NCBI GenBank assembly: GCA_028534125.1 | Contig: CM052818.1 | Span: forward strand, 2,358,001-2,422,000 | Direction: 5' to 3' | DNA from: Lama glama | Lineage: Eukaryota | DNA length: 64,000 nt | Shown: positions 12,758-25,502 of the stretch, piece after piece | How the letters are laid out: every line of letters starts with the position of its first letter | Position numbering within the stretch: the first letter of the stretch is position 1 | Position numbers and translations under genes: made by a program | Notes under the pieces: model-generated | Seen by the model: the letters and a program-made list of their open reading frames with translations, nothing else | What the model was told of the DNA's origin: nothing | Database searches by the model: none

Positions 12758-14016
12758 CTGGCACATGGGCAGGGCACAGGCCCAGGAAGGGAGGAGGGAG
12801 CTGGGTGAGGGAAGCCAACCTCGGGTCTGAGACCTCGATCCTGCTCTCCCCGCCTGCCCCAGCCTGGTGCGAAGCTCAGAAACCATTTCCGAGTCTGTCG
12901 GGGCCTGTCCTTCTCACCATCTTCTGGGCAGGACTGGGAGCTGCTCACCACTAGGAGCTTCCCTGAGCGGCCGATCCTAACTCCGTCAGATCCACCTCAA
13001 AAGTGGTCCCAGAACATTCAGGACCCTCAGCCTCCCCACCCTCTCCGTCACCAGAAACACCTCATCTTCCCCCCTCAACCCCAGTCCAGAGGGATCTCCC
13101 CACCTTCAAGCTCAGACAGTGCCAAGTCCCACCCAGATGGGCCCTGTTCTGCCTCCCTCACCAGAAGTCCCACTAGGGGCCAGGGATGGACTCAGGGCAC
13201 GACTGAGACAGGCGGCGGGGTTTAATGCGGTGTCTGCCTCTAGCCCCTTCACCATGAGAGAAACTCCGGAATCTTTCCCACTGGCAAGTCCCCACCTGGC
13301 CCATCACTTCCTGTCCACTCCAGCAGACTGGACCACATGGAGGCCTCACCAACCCACCACTGGCGGAACAGCCACCCTGGGCTTGGTCCTCACTTCACAG
13401 GGCCAGGAGAGGGAAGTAAAGGGATTGAGGCAACCATGAGACTTAGCCAATTCAGTCTGCTCACTTCACTGATGATAAACTGCAGGCCCAGAGAAGGAGG
13501 GACTGGCCCAAAGTCACATGGCTACTTGGTGTCAAAGACAAGCCTGGAACTCATGTCCCCTGACTTCAGCCCAGAGCTCCTTCAGGGAAAATCGAGCTCT
13601 TTGTCACATGCCGTCACTAAAGGCCTGCAGAGTACCCAGGCAGGGAAGCATTCAGTTCTGGGGAGCAGGTGGGGCCCCAGGCATTACCTGGGAGAGACCC
13701 CGTCCCCAGCACAGGCATGTCCTCTAAAGCTCCCAGCCATCTGGAGCTGCAGAGTACCAGGCACCCAGCCCCTTCCCTGAACAGCTGGTGCTGGCAGGGC
13801 GTCCTCACACTGATCCTTGCAGCACCAAGGGGAGCCTGCCTCCTGCCCCTGCTTTGTGCACGGCAGAAGTCAGCTCTCAAGACTCCCCATCCACCCACTC
13901 CCTCTCTTCTCCAGGCCCGGGCAGCCCCTGATCTGAGGAAGGCCCCTCATCCCCAGGCTTGGGGCCCACTGCTGGGCTTCCTCCCCCAGGCCCTGCCAGG
14001 GCGAAGGTGGGCTCAC

Positions 14017-14131
14017 CAGCCACCATATCCATGTCGGGCAGAGTTGGGGAGGGTTCCAGAGGCACAGATGGTGCGAACATGGGCGCGGCTCCAGGGAGCG
14101 GCGTATAGGACACTTGCAGGACCAGTGAGGC
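14017..14131 (-). CDS. DYSF: DYSF exon 5 (115 nt, end of C2A)
   Basis: [53 protein letters not shown]. Confidence 0.96.
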
Positions 14132-15870
14132 CTGGAAGAGATGGGGAGTGAGAAGGCAGCAGGTTAGGATGTTGGCCTCTGACCACTGCCCTCCAGCATC
14201 CTTCCTGTTCCTTTCATCCCTCCACCAAGAAGAGGTCTGGGTTGCAGGAGATTGTGGCAAAGCCACCACTAGGGGCCCATCAACACAGGCGGTAAGGGCC
14301 CTGAATCTACAATCAAGTTCCACCACTCAGAAGCTATGTGACTTTGGCAAGATCTGTAACCTATCTGTGTGCTTCAGTTTCCTCATCTGTAAAATGGGCG
14401 TAGTGATAGCATAGCACCTTCCTTATAGGGTCAAATGAGCATTAAATTAGTTGAAAGAATGCATAGTAAGCTTCTATAAGTGAATCAATGATGGAAACTT
14501 GCCTGCAGGATTTTTCAACTCTCAGCCTAGGCCCATCTGCAGGAAAAAGCCCCCTTGGCCACTCTGTTCAGCCAGAGGCCCTCCCATTTCCCCACAGACA
14601 GCTCAGCCTTGCTCTGCTCGGGCCCCAGCTAGCACTGAGAGGGTCTCAGGGTACTGCTCACCCTTCTGAGACCTCTTCCCTCCCAGAATCGCCCCTGTCC
14701 CCCGTCTCACCCCCAGCTGCTCTGGCTTTGACCAGCAAGAGGAGAGTGACCAGTCACGCCATTCACACGGACAGAGAAGACACCCTTATGCTCCCACCCG
14801 ACCCGAGCCCACCAGGAGACCGGCACTGTTCAAAGGGGCACTTAGGCCTGAAGAAAAGGCACAGCCAAGGCAGGCCCTCCTGCCTCGCTGCTCCCAGGCC
14901 CGTGGGGGCGTGGCCGAGCTTTCCCTGGTCCCACAAGTCCAGCAGGCCTTCTGGGGCTACCTTTTTATTGATCAAAGTAACAAAAACTCCAAAGTAAGAA
15001 AGTGTGGAAATTACAAAAACCTAAAAGAAAAAAATGCAAAAGAAAACTCATTGCTATAATTTCACCTCTATTCATGTTTTGATATAATTCTCTCCAATCT
15101 TTTTAAATAAATACTGTACAGCTCTGCTGAACATCAAATGCTTTTCTTTTACTTAATAATTTACTTAATATTTTATAAGTATTTCCCCAAATTTTGATAA
15201 ACCCTTTATTAACATAACCATTATATTCTGGGCAACTCAGCATAATTCACTAGACATTTATCTCTGTTGAGTAATACTGGGGATGTCGAGAAACTCCTGG
15301 AGTGAATCCTGGTCCTGAGATGGAAATAGCTCGAGGTCCTGGATGCATCCAGCTCTGGAGTTTGAACCCTCCAGGCTGGGGCCTGGGCTAGGGCAGCCAG
15401 GCTAAGGGAGGGCAGGGCCGGGGTGTGTGTGTGTGGTGAGGGTGGAGGGGTGCTCAGTACAATGAAGAAGGAGGCTGGAGCTAGCTCCCCATCCCAGAAG
15501 ACCTAGGAAGAGGCCGGGGATGGCAATGAGATCCTCTAAGTCCCAAATTCAAGGCATTGTCCTATACAGCCATGCAGGTTCCTGAACCACCACCAGGTGT
15601 CGCCCAGAAATCGGCCTCAAGTAATTGGTCAGTGAGACTCCACAGCTGCCGATAGGGCTCCCTGTCCTTTCTGAGCACTTGCCCGGCTCTCCGTGCCTCA
15701 CACTGCGGTGCAACCCACCCCAGGTCCCAGGCAGGAAGCCCCAGCACTGAGGGTCTTGGGACCTGCCTGGGGCTGCAGTGTGACTTAGTGCTGTCACAGG
15801 GACTAGAAGACGGCCCTAGACCCCCACCGCAGGCCAGAGCTACCTCCTGGGCTGCAGGGAGGAGGTCCCA

Positions 15871-16710
15871 TGCAATACTGATATATATGAAATGCATATT
15901 TGGTCATTCAGATGACCAAAATACGATGTTCATGTGTATGTGGTCTTTGTCCGCAGTTCCTGGCTCACAGCTCCCAAAACCTTTGGAATATCCCAAGTGT
16001 TGAGAGTGACAAAGGTGTCTCTTGTTATGTTAATAAGGTAACTTTCAGACCCCACCTAAGGCTGGAGCTGGTTGCCAGGAGGTCCAACCATGTGATTAGA
16101 GGTATGTATCTTCAGTCCACCTGCCACCCTCCAGGTATGGATGGGAGAGGAGCTGGAGGCTGAATCAATCAGCCCTGGTCAGTGACTTCATCAGTCACGT
16201 CTATGTAATGACGCTTCCATAAAACCCCAAAAGGATGTGTTTCAGACAGCTTCCGGGCTGGTGGACTCGTGGAGCGTGGCGCTCCTGGGGAGGGTGTGGG
16301 AGCTCTGTGCCTCTGAGTCTGGCCCTGTGAGTCTCTTCTATCCGGCTATTCTTGAGTTAGATCATTTTATAATAAACCGATAATCTAGGAAGTAAAATGT
16401 TTCTCTGAGTTCTGTGAACTGCTCTAGCAAATCAGCTGAGGAGGAAGTCTTGGGAATCCCTGATCTATAGCCAGTTGATCAGAAGCACAGGCAGTCGCCT
16501 GGGCTTGTGGCTGCTGTCTGAAGGGGGCTGAGGGGACGGTCTTACAGGACTGGGCCCTTAATCTGTGGAATCTGATGCTGTCGCCGGGTAGACAGTGTCA
16601 GAATTGAGTTGAAGTGTAGGCCACTCCGCTGGTGTCTGGGGCATTGTTTGTTGGTGCAGGGAAACCACACACACACACACACACACTTTGGAGGTAAGTC
16701 CAGAAACCTA
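15871..16710 (+). mobile_element. MER21-family LTR
   Basis: ggtctttgtccgcagttcctggctcacagctcccaaaacctttggaat, atgtaatgacgcttccataaaaccccaaaagga and ttctgtgaactgctctagcaaat match recalled MER21 consensus. Confidence 0.8.
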
Positions 16711-17745
16711 CTTTACCCCGCCTCCCGCACTGCGTGCTCAGCTGAGGCTACATCTGGCAGGACCCAGCCCTCCTCTCCTATCCGTCAACTTCTGGCCCTC
16801 AGCCCCTCTTCTTGGAGACATGGTTTGTGAAGGAGTGGCAGATTCTTTGGACAGCCAGGGGTCTCAGCCCAGGGAAGAGAAGGAAGCAGGGTCCCAGCTG
16901 GTGCGCAGGAAGCGCAGACAGAGCGTGGGCATGAAGAGAGAGGGGAGGAGAGGTGAGGCATCCAGGGAGGGTGCCTGGGCATGTGTCTTAGGGGCTGGAT
17001 GGGTCTTGGCGCTTGGAGGGGAGCAAGTGCAGGAGGCCAGGCAGGAAACATCAGTGCCCTGGGTGCATGCAGGGCTAGAGGGAAGAGACGTTTGAGCAGC
17101 TCAGCCAGGAAGCGAGAAACCCTGGTTGGAGGCACCGGGGACCCGACACGCTACAAAGTAGGCAGCCCCATCCCAGAGATGCAGTGGAGGAGCACCAAGC
17201 AAAACACGTCTTCCACCAGCTTCCCTGACACCTGCCACTCCCCGATTAGTGCTCTACATCTTTGCAGCCAGCTCTGGTCCTCTTCAGAGTCCTTGGAGCC
17301 CTTCTCGACTGCCGGAGCATTAGGAGACTGAAGGGTTCAAAGGGAGGACCAGAGGGGTTCAGGAGGTGATGGAGACAGCCTCGGTGAACTCTGCACTGAC
17401 CCAGAACGCTCTGCCAGTGAGCGCTGTCTGAGCAAGGGGTGGATTCTCTGAGAAGTAGCATTTCCCCATCAAGAAAGCATCCTGGCCATCACTGGTCAAA
17501 GCCACCTTAGGAGAAAATTCCAGCATCTGAAGGGCAGTGAACCAGGGGTCCATTCATTCAAGTCCCTTTCATCCCTGAGAGCTCAGGAGATGCACCCCCT
17601 GATTTGGGTCCCCATTTGGACACAGATTCACTGTGTGACTTTAGTCAGTCACTCTCTTTCTCCTGCTCACAGTACCCAGTAGTGGTTCCATTCAGAGCTC
17701 TGCCCAGACTGGCCACGTCCAAGCCAGCCAAGAAGAGCCCCCAGC

Positions 17746-17776
<31 letters not shown>

Positions 17777-18487
17777 CATTCCACAGGGCAAGGTAGCTGC
17801 ACTCTGTCCGAGAGACTCCCCTGGGTCCCACTGGGAAGTGTTTCCAGATCAATAGTCCCCCCAACCCATGCATCCTGGGAGGTGGGGCTGACCCAGAAGG
17901 AAGGTCAGGAATTTTACTGACCATGAAGAAAGAACCCCACAGGGTATATTTAGCTCACTAAAAATAACGGGAGGCCAGAGATGAGGGCTGGGAATTGTCC
18001 GGGAGGACTGGGAGACTACTCGGAGCTGGGGGAGGAGCGGGAAGGACAATGGAGGAAGGGAAGGGGGTCTGACAGGTCCTGGTGGGCCAGGGAGGGGAAT
18101 GTCTGTCTCCTTCCTGTGTGTTCTGTGACCCAGATGACTCAGATATTCCAGACCTGGAGAGGGGCACTGGCTGCATGGACGGACTACCAGGGAGACTGGG
18201 GGGTCATAACCAAGGCTGCCAGGAAGCCTGAGAAGACAACGGATTTCTAGTGAAAGATCAATCCCAGGAGGTGACCCAAAGGCAAGGCTGACTGCAGCCC
18301 TGTATTTGGGGCCGGACTCCCTTCCCTCCCATCCTGTCCACCCCCCGAGCCCTCCCAGGCACCCTGTGCTCTGGCCAGGGCAGGCCAGGCCTGGCTGCTG
18401 GGAGCCGGACTCTGAGATACCACGGAGGTCAGAAAGGCAAGGTCTCAGACAGGACCTGGCCTGATGCAGAGGCCGGTGGACACTTAC

Positions 18488-18593
18488 CCCTGTGGGCTGC
18501 TTCTTGGTGTCCAGCAGGGGGGCATTGAAGCTGGCAGACAGACTGGGGGTGGCAAGGACCTCCCGGAGTGGGACCTTGGCTTCCCCCAGGAAC
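18488..18593 (-). CDS. DYSF: DYSF exon 4 (106 nt)
   Basis: [54 protein letters not shown]. Confidence 0.97.
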
Positions 18594-19288
18594 CTGAGAG
18601 GAAAAAGAAGTTACATGTAGAAACCAGCCAAATATGTCCAGCTCTTCCCTCCACATACCCTCACCACCGCCACCTCACAAACACCCCACGGACAGGCTGA
18701 TCTGCCTAGGACGCCCAGGCCCCCTCCAGGCTCCCCCGGCAGCCCTGTCCCAGTCACCCGCGCACCTCCCTGGAGGGCCAGGGCCCTCTCCCCGCACAGC
18801 AAGGACAAGAGACACCTGCCTTTCCCCCAGCTCGACTCTGACACCTTCCGTTCCTTCCACCCCTTCCCAGAGGCCCAGCCTTCCACCCCGGCCACCCGGG
18901 CTGTCTCGTCCATCAGCCCTGACCAGCCTACCAGATCAGCCTCTCCTGAAAGCAGAGGCCTTCTCCATCACCGCCTCTGCACTGCTCCTCTGCCTCAGCC
19001 ATCACCTGACCCCCATCCACACAGGCCGTCTATAACTGGTTTCCCAGAGCTCGGCCAACAGTGATCGTACACGGAAAACACACAGACCTTCTTATCTTCA
19101 GGGAGAGGGAGAAAATAAAATTGGGGCAGGGAAGCAAGTCCCACTCCCAAGAGAGGCTCGGGACTGTCACAGCACACACACCTGAGGCCACAGCTCTGAC
19201 TGAGCGGAAGGAGTCCATAAACCGATGGGCTCTTAGGAAAAAGGTCATTACATGATCAGTGACGAGACCCTTCACAGATTGCCAAGGA

Positions 19289-19410
19289 GTGGAGAGGGTA
19301 GAGCTCAGTGGTAGAGCCTGTGCTTAGCATGCACGAGGTCCTGGGTTCAATCCCCAGTACCTCCATTAATTAATTAATTAATTAACCTAATTACCTGCCC
19401 CTCCAAAAAA
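19289..19410 (+). mobile_element. tRNA-derived SINE (Vic-1-like)
   Basis: gagggtagagctcagtggtagag A-box, gggttcaatccc B-box, (taat)n, acctaattacc. Confidence 0.9.
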
Positions 19411-19687
19411 GTCCCACTAAGAACATGTATCCAGAACACATAAAGAACTTCTACCAGTCAGTGTAGAAAAAAAAAAGGGCTTTTAAAAGAGTGCCAGGGA
19501 AAAAGGCTACGTCCCTAAGCTAAGAAGTGAGCATTCTGCAGTGGCAACAGGAAACCAGGGCAGCGAGTGGCCTGTGACAATTAGGACTGTCGCCCAGTGC
19601 CCTCATGGGACTTCAGCGTGCTTCGTGCATGTTGCTGGGGGGACACGAACAATGGCCAGCTACAGATGTACTCTCATCATTTGCTTC

Positions 19688-19836
19688 TTTTTTTTTTTTT
19701 AATTTTCTTGGGGGGGAGGGGAGGTAATTAGGTTTACGTATTTATTTATTTAATTATTTTTACGGAGGGACTGGGGATTGAACCCAGGACCTAGTGAGTG
19801 CTAAGCATGCATATCCCTGAGATATATCCTCTCTGC
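19688..19836 (-). mobile_element. tRNA-derived SINE (Vic-1-like) with TSD
   Basis: Reverse-complement SINE flanked by ctcatcatttgcttct / ctcatcattagcttct. Confidence 0.9.
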
Positions 19837-20372
19837 CTCATCATTAGCTTCTTAGTTTTTTTTTCCCCTGATGGGTAAATAGCACACCTATTATCTGGGA
19901 CCTGTCTTTATCTAGTCTCTGTAACAACTGATTTGGATATGAGTTTTTATGACTTAATGAAGTAAAACTTCCATCTTGACCTAATTAGCTGATTATTAAA
20001 ACTGGCTGCTCACAAGGAGGTACCACTTCACATCCATTACTACTATTAAAAAACAAAAGAAACAAATGTTGGCGAGGATGCTGAGAAGTTGAAGACCATT
20101 GGTTGGAATGGATAAAGGTGCAGCGGGTATGGAAAACAGCATGGTGGTTCCTTTAAAAACTAAACAGAATTACCATGAGATCCAGCAATTCCACTTCTGG
20201 AATAACGCTTTCATAGCTGCATATGTAAGTTTCTTGGCAATGAAATTCCTCTATTTCCATCCGTCTTGGAACCAGCAGATTCTTGGTCACTTTGCAGGTC
20301 CCTTTGTTAGCAAGACAATAAGCCTGATGTGTGCTCAAGACCAATTTTTCTAACATTTTTCAAAGAGAGGGT

Positions 20373-20828
20373 TGTTAAAAAGAAAACCATGGGCCCAAAA
20401 TGGTGTCACTCATGCTAAAGCCCATGATATCAAATCTAGATTTAATACCAGGTCTAACTGCAGTCTCAACCTTTCCCAGAAATGTAATCTTCATAGGCCA
20501 GACTGGAATGCTCTGGTCAAGCACCACAAAGGTAATCTGTCACATGGGCCCTCTCCACCCCGTCCCTACCCCACCCAGAGGAAGAAGCAATCTGCATGAG
20601 AAACCCTTGCGGGTCCTTGCCCCACCCAAAAAAGTTGAAGTCTTGGCTTAAAAATAACCTTTTATTTTCTTTTGTTAATACCTTCTTGCCCCACCCTCCT
20701 GCCTATAAAAGCTTCAACCCCCTTGGAGCACCATTCTATTGCTAAGTGGGACACTGCCAGATTCATGAATTGCTAAATAAAACCAATTGGATCTTCAAAT
20801 TTATTTGATTGAATTTTGTCTTATAGCA
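20373..20828 (+). mobile_element. Solo ERV1-type LTR
   Basis: TG...CA, TATA (cctataaaa near 20702), AATAAA near 20776, flanks gggt/gggc. Confidence 0.8.
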
Positions 20829-21549
20829 GGGCTCAAGGGAGAGGTGTTTCCTGATATTCATTCCAGGGTTCTAGAACCCCTCATGATGCTAGGAATCTCA
20901 TTTTCTAGAATTTGTACGGGTTTGTGTTAATATTCCTTTGCAGAAGAGAGGATGTTTGTACCATAGCTACCTAAACCAGGTCTCCTGAAGTGTCTCCATC
21001 CCAGAGTCAGCGAGGAGAAGACCACTGTGATCAGTGTGACTGAACTGTCTTTGGGGCCCGGGCAATGGCAAAAAGACCAGACAGTAGGTATAGAGAATCC
21101 TTGAATCCATGCTGTAAGCAGATGGGGTTGGAGGAATCCCTTGGGGAAAGAGAACCAGGTATGGCTTGCTTGACATAAGAGAAGCCATTTTGGCCTAAGC
21201 CACAACAGCTTGCCCTTGAACAAGTCTCAGTATAACGATCTTAAGAGAACAAAAGGACAAACTTATCAAGCAAGAGAAGTAAAAATAGCAAAGATAACAA
21301 ATCAGTTGTAAAGACTGCCAGTTCTCTTTCAATGGTGAAGACTAGCCTAAAGCACTGTCTCAAGCTGTTCTGCATAATTTAAATCCCCCCTCAGGCCCTC
21401 AACCACCAGATCAACTGGAATCTAAGGGAAGATGATGTTGACCTTTTCTGACCCTCCTGACTTCGATCAACTAAAGCTTGGACTTTGCCTACCACGCAAG
21501 TCCTGTTCATGAATATGCATGTACCCACAGCTTAAAATGTCCCCAGTGT

Positions 21550-21630
21550 GGGAGGGAGGGATATAGCTCAGTGGTAGAGTGCCTGCTTAGCATACGCAAG
21601 GTCCTAGGTTCAATCCCTGGTACTTCTAGA
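21550..21630 (+). mobile_element. Vic-1-like SINE head lacking its tail, inside LTR
   Basis: gggatatagctcagtggtagagtgcctgcttagcatacgcaaggtcctaggttcaatccctggtac. Confidence 0.85.
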
Positions 21631-21673
21631 AACACCTTGCTTTGGGAAAGTTCCTTGGTGTTCTCCCTACTTG

Positions 21674-22320
21674 TGAGACTGGCTGGAAGGGGGAAGGGTA
21701 CGGCCACTCAAGCAATGACAGCAATTTAACACTAAAATGGTGGAAGATTCACCAAAATGGTGGAAGATTCACCTCCTAGTTGGCCTTGAGGATTAAGAGG
21801 TTTGACTTCTAGTAGACCTTGAACTTCATTATATGCTCATTGTAACAGCGTGATCAAATAACATGCCGCAGGCACCATGACAGCCCCAAGGCCATGACCG
21901 CAAAAGGTCAAAGAATGGGTGATGGCCCAATTCCTGGGACTCTCAACCCCTTCCCCAGGGCAGCTGGAATGGTCCCACCTATAGGCCTGTGGAGCTACTG
22001 AGCTCATAAAAACTGACACCACCACACGTAGTGGTCTTTTTCACTCCCTCCTCTTTGGAGATGGCCTGCACTCTATGGAGTGTGTACCTACTTTTACTTT
22101 AACCTGAGCATCCAATTCCCACACCTCTTTCCTTGCCTTTCTCTTGCCTTACCCTCTATGCAGTATGTATCTCTCTAAATAAATCTACCTTTACTCAACT
22201 GTGGCTCACACTTGAATTCTTTCCTGCACGAAGCCAAGGACCCACACCTGCGGGGCACGTCCCAGGGGCTCAACCTGGGACTTGGTCCTCCTCACGCCCC
22301 ACATCTGTTTTCCTGCATCA
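21674..22320 (+). mobile_element. Nested solo LTR with perfect 4-bp TSD (CTTG)
   Basis: cttg|TGAGA...GCATCA|cttg; AATAAA near 22178; internal 20-bp duplication 21734-21773. Confidence 0.85.
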
Positions 22321-22523
22321 CTTGCTGCAATTTATAAATCCTTCTTTCTCCCAGTCTTTGACTTTCTGTGTCTTTTGGCTCCACACCCACCAAGAGACAA
22401 ACCTAGTCTCCAGGTTACAATGTGACACTGAGAAACTGGGGCAGCAGAGCAAAGTGACTCACTTAAGCAGGTAGATGGTGGACCCTGTCCTAGAACCGGT
22501 GAAAGGAAAATCAAGAGAGTTGG

Positions 22524-22940
22524 TATCACTAAGAGAGCTCTCTAAAATGGAGCTGGGAGGCCATGAATGAAGTGGCTCATCTCAGCCTGGATGGAATCTG
22601 ACCTCTTGATCTGATGAAGTCAGCCAGAACACCTGCCAGACACTCAAGGTATTTATCAGACCCTTACTCTAAAATAATTCATGGAAATCTGCGTACTTAC
22701 GGGACCCCCGTACCCTAAAACAATTTGTGATTCTTCAAAGACAAATATTTTCAGCGTCAATCACAATTCTCACCAGACAACTGTTGACAATCTCCTGGGT
22801 TTTTTGTCTTGACAAGCCCTTCTTTCTCAGAACACTCTTCGGGGGTTACTTGAATTTGTGTCTCCCGAATTGCAATTCTTTACGATCCCAAATGAACTCT
22901 TTTCTTACTTGCAGCCTCCTGCATCATTTTTCGGTTGACA
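22524..22940 (+). mobile_element. Probable solo LTR
   Basis: ctaaaatggag start motif, U5-like tgtctcccgaattgcaattc, ends gttgaca. Confidence 0.55.
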
Positions 22941-22984
22941 AACTAGGTCCCCCGATTCCCAGTGGCAATTCCTGGCAACTCTGA

Positions 22985-23310
22985 GGCTTCAGCTGGGGCG
23001 GCGGGAGGCAGGGTCGGCAGGGGAGCGGAGGGGCGGCAGGCCAGGAAGGGCTGATGGCTAGTGTGCCGGCGGGGGATCTGGCTCGGGGCCCCGATGGCTG
23101 CGGCCACAGCGCAGAGGGTCTCGGCACAGCGCCAAGCCACGCCTCCGCTGCCTCCCGGGCCGTATCCCGCTCCCCCAGCCCCGCCCCCGCCCGGGAGAAT
23201 TCCCGGAAGTGGGGCGCGGAACAATGGGAGGAAATGCGGCAGGAAGCCGAGTCCCACCTCTGCCAGCCCAGGCATCTCCGGGCTGCCGAGGGTCCCCGGC
23301 CAGCAGGATT
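22985..23310. promoter_or_regulatory. Orphan CpG-rich island in intron 3 (candidate enhancer)
   Basis: Dense CpGs, GC boxes, TTCCCGGAAGT at 23200-23210, several GGAA cores. Confidence 0.6.
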
Positions 23311-24329
23311 GCTTGTTATTTCCTCCCTTAAGCGTCTCTCTGGACCATGAAATACCCTCACCTCTCAGCCCTGCAGAGGCCCTGGGGTCCACCCCTCCTA
23401 GGGGCTGGGCGAATTCTCAAGCCCCTACTCTGTTAGGAGGAAAGACTGGAGGGCTGATCCTAAGCCTAAGGAGCAGGCTGTGGGGTCAAGTTCGTAAGTC
23501 CAGCCTAGGCAGAGCCTCCCCTGAGTGGGGGGGAAGAGGGGCCGGGGGAAGAGGAGGAAGGGAAGGGGGGCTTGATGACAGAAACTGTGATAGCCACTCT
23601 TCACTCATTTCGCAGAGTTGGATAAGACGCGTTATTCAAGGGATCAGACCTGGGAGGGCCCAGACCCTTGAGGCGAGCCACGCCACCTTGAGATCAAGGC
23701 TGAGACAGACCCTAGGCCCCAGGGGCCTTCTGTACATCAGGGATGCTGCATGCACGCTTGGTGGATACCAATCAGTGGCCAAGTGTGTCAGATAGGATAT
23801 GATAGGGATCAAATGAAGCAAGGACAGCCTGGCACGGGCTGCCTCATGGGCCAGCTCTGAGTGTGTGTGGAGCCTGATGGGCTGGCAGGAAACCCTGTGG
23901 GCCTTGGCCCCACCCCCTGCAGCCTACTGACAGAAAAATGTGCTGCCCAGCCTCCCCAGACCTGGTCATCCCTCTTGGCTGTGCTGTGTTCCAAAGTCAC
24001 TGGAATGTGAGGGCACGAGAAGTGGGGGCCATACGGGCTGCTGCCACCCCAGAGACAGAAAGCCAGGTCAGGAATTAGCACGGGGGAGGAAAGGAAAGGT
24101 CAAAGCAGCTTCCATATTGACAGGGCACACATTTTTCCTCACGGAAAAAGAGCTCCTTTCCAAATTCATCATCCAGTAGGTTATGTCCTATAGGAAATGC
24201 GAAGTGGTGGCCTCCAGATCTGAGCCTTAAGTGGGAGGGTGTGAATTAAGGTGTCAAGTAAGTTGATTTTAACAAAGCACAAAGAAATCTAAACAATTTT
24301 ATTTTAAAATATTGGGCCATTTTACATCA

Positions 24330-25010
24330 CTGTTTGTAAGAACAAAACACAGGAGGCAACCCAAATGCCCATCCTAGAAGATGGGTAAGTTTATACATAC
24401 AGTGGAATACTATACAACTATAAAAAGTATGGAAAGTACACTGTGGATTTATAATGTATGGAAAAGCTTCAAAGACATTGTTAAGTGAAAAAACAGTTCA
24501 AAAAAAGTGTGTATAATATGCTGCCTAGTACTTACAGGAGTCAGGTAGATAGAAAGTGTAATGGTGGTCGCCAGAGGCTGGGGAGAGGGGACAATGGGGA
24601 GTTACTGTTTAATAGGTTTTGAGCTTCAGTTTTACAGATGAGAAGAGCAATGGGGATGGATGGTGGTGATGGTTATTCATTGTGAATGTATTTAATACGA
24701 CTAAATTATATACACTTAAAAATCACTAAGAAGGTAATTGTTATGTGTATTTCACCACAATCCAAAAAAGTCTGTTTTAAAAAATAAATATGCTATCTAT
24801 TATGTAAAAAAAGAGGACAGTCAGACTCTATACTGGTGAATAAGCAATACTATACAAGTGATAAAAAAAAAAAGGAAGAACCATGGTTACCTCTGGGAGA
24901 AGGATGAGAACTGGAAAGAGAGGGGACACAGAATTTTTGCTGCATTTTGAAAAAATAGTTTCTGGTTTTATAATTCCTTAAATTGTTCTACTAACTCAAA
25001 AATTAAATTT
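24330..25010 (+). mobile_element. Old L1 (L1M) 3' fragments
   Basis: caacccaaatgcccatc, gtggaatactat, atggtggtcgccagaggctggggag, ggatggtggtgatggtt. Confidence 0.7.
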
Positions 25011-25502
25011 AAGAACAAAGCATCAAGACTTTTTTTTTAATCTTAGAATTTATTCATTCAATAAATACTTATTTAGCATGTCAGACAAAACACAGACCCT
25101 GCCCTCTTGGAATTTACATTCTCCTAAGAGCTACCCACCTCCTAGCTGAGTGTATATTAGATTCAGTGCCACATCCTCTGCATGTATATATACCACTACA
25201 GTTAAACTGACACTAGACCTGGGAGGTAGGTACTGATATTAGTTTAGTCCCCCTTACAGATTTGGAAATTGGGACTCAGAAAGGCCTTTGGCTTGTCTGA
25301 TTTCACACAAATAACATGCAGAGCCAGACTCCAAAGACCTTGCTTTACACCCTATCCCAGGACAGCTGGCACAGCTCAGAGCCCCACGAGCACATCATGA
25401 AAGAAACAGAAAGATCCTTGGTTTGCTTTATTCATGGAAAAGGGAGCCCAGGCTATAAATTTGATCCGGTCCAACCTTTTTTTGAAAAATCTAATTCCAA
25501 GC

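Larger units (their letters stand above)
21113..22419 (+). mobile_element. Outer ERV LTR interrupted by a SINE and a second LTR
   Basis: TGTAA...TTACA inverted termini, flanks atgc/atgt; sequence resumes after the nested LTR. Confidence 0.7.

Noticed and set aside
19295..19365. tRNA-like sequence with A and B boxes (also at 21555)
   Set aside because: No proper acceptor stem; multiple diverged copies with AT-rich tails and TSDs identify it as a SINE
22924..23795. ORFs up to 244 aa around the intronic CpG island
   Set aside because: GC-rich artefact; no recognisable domain or splice structure
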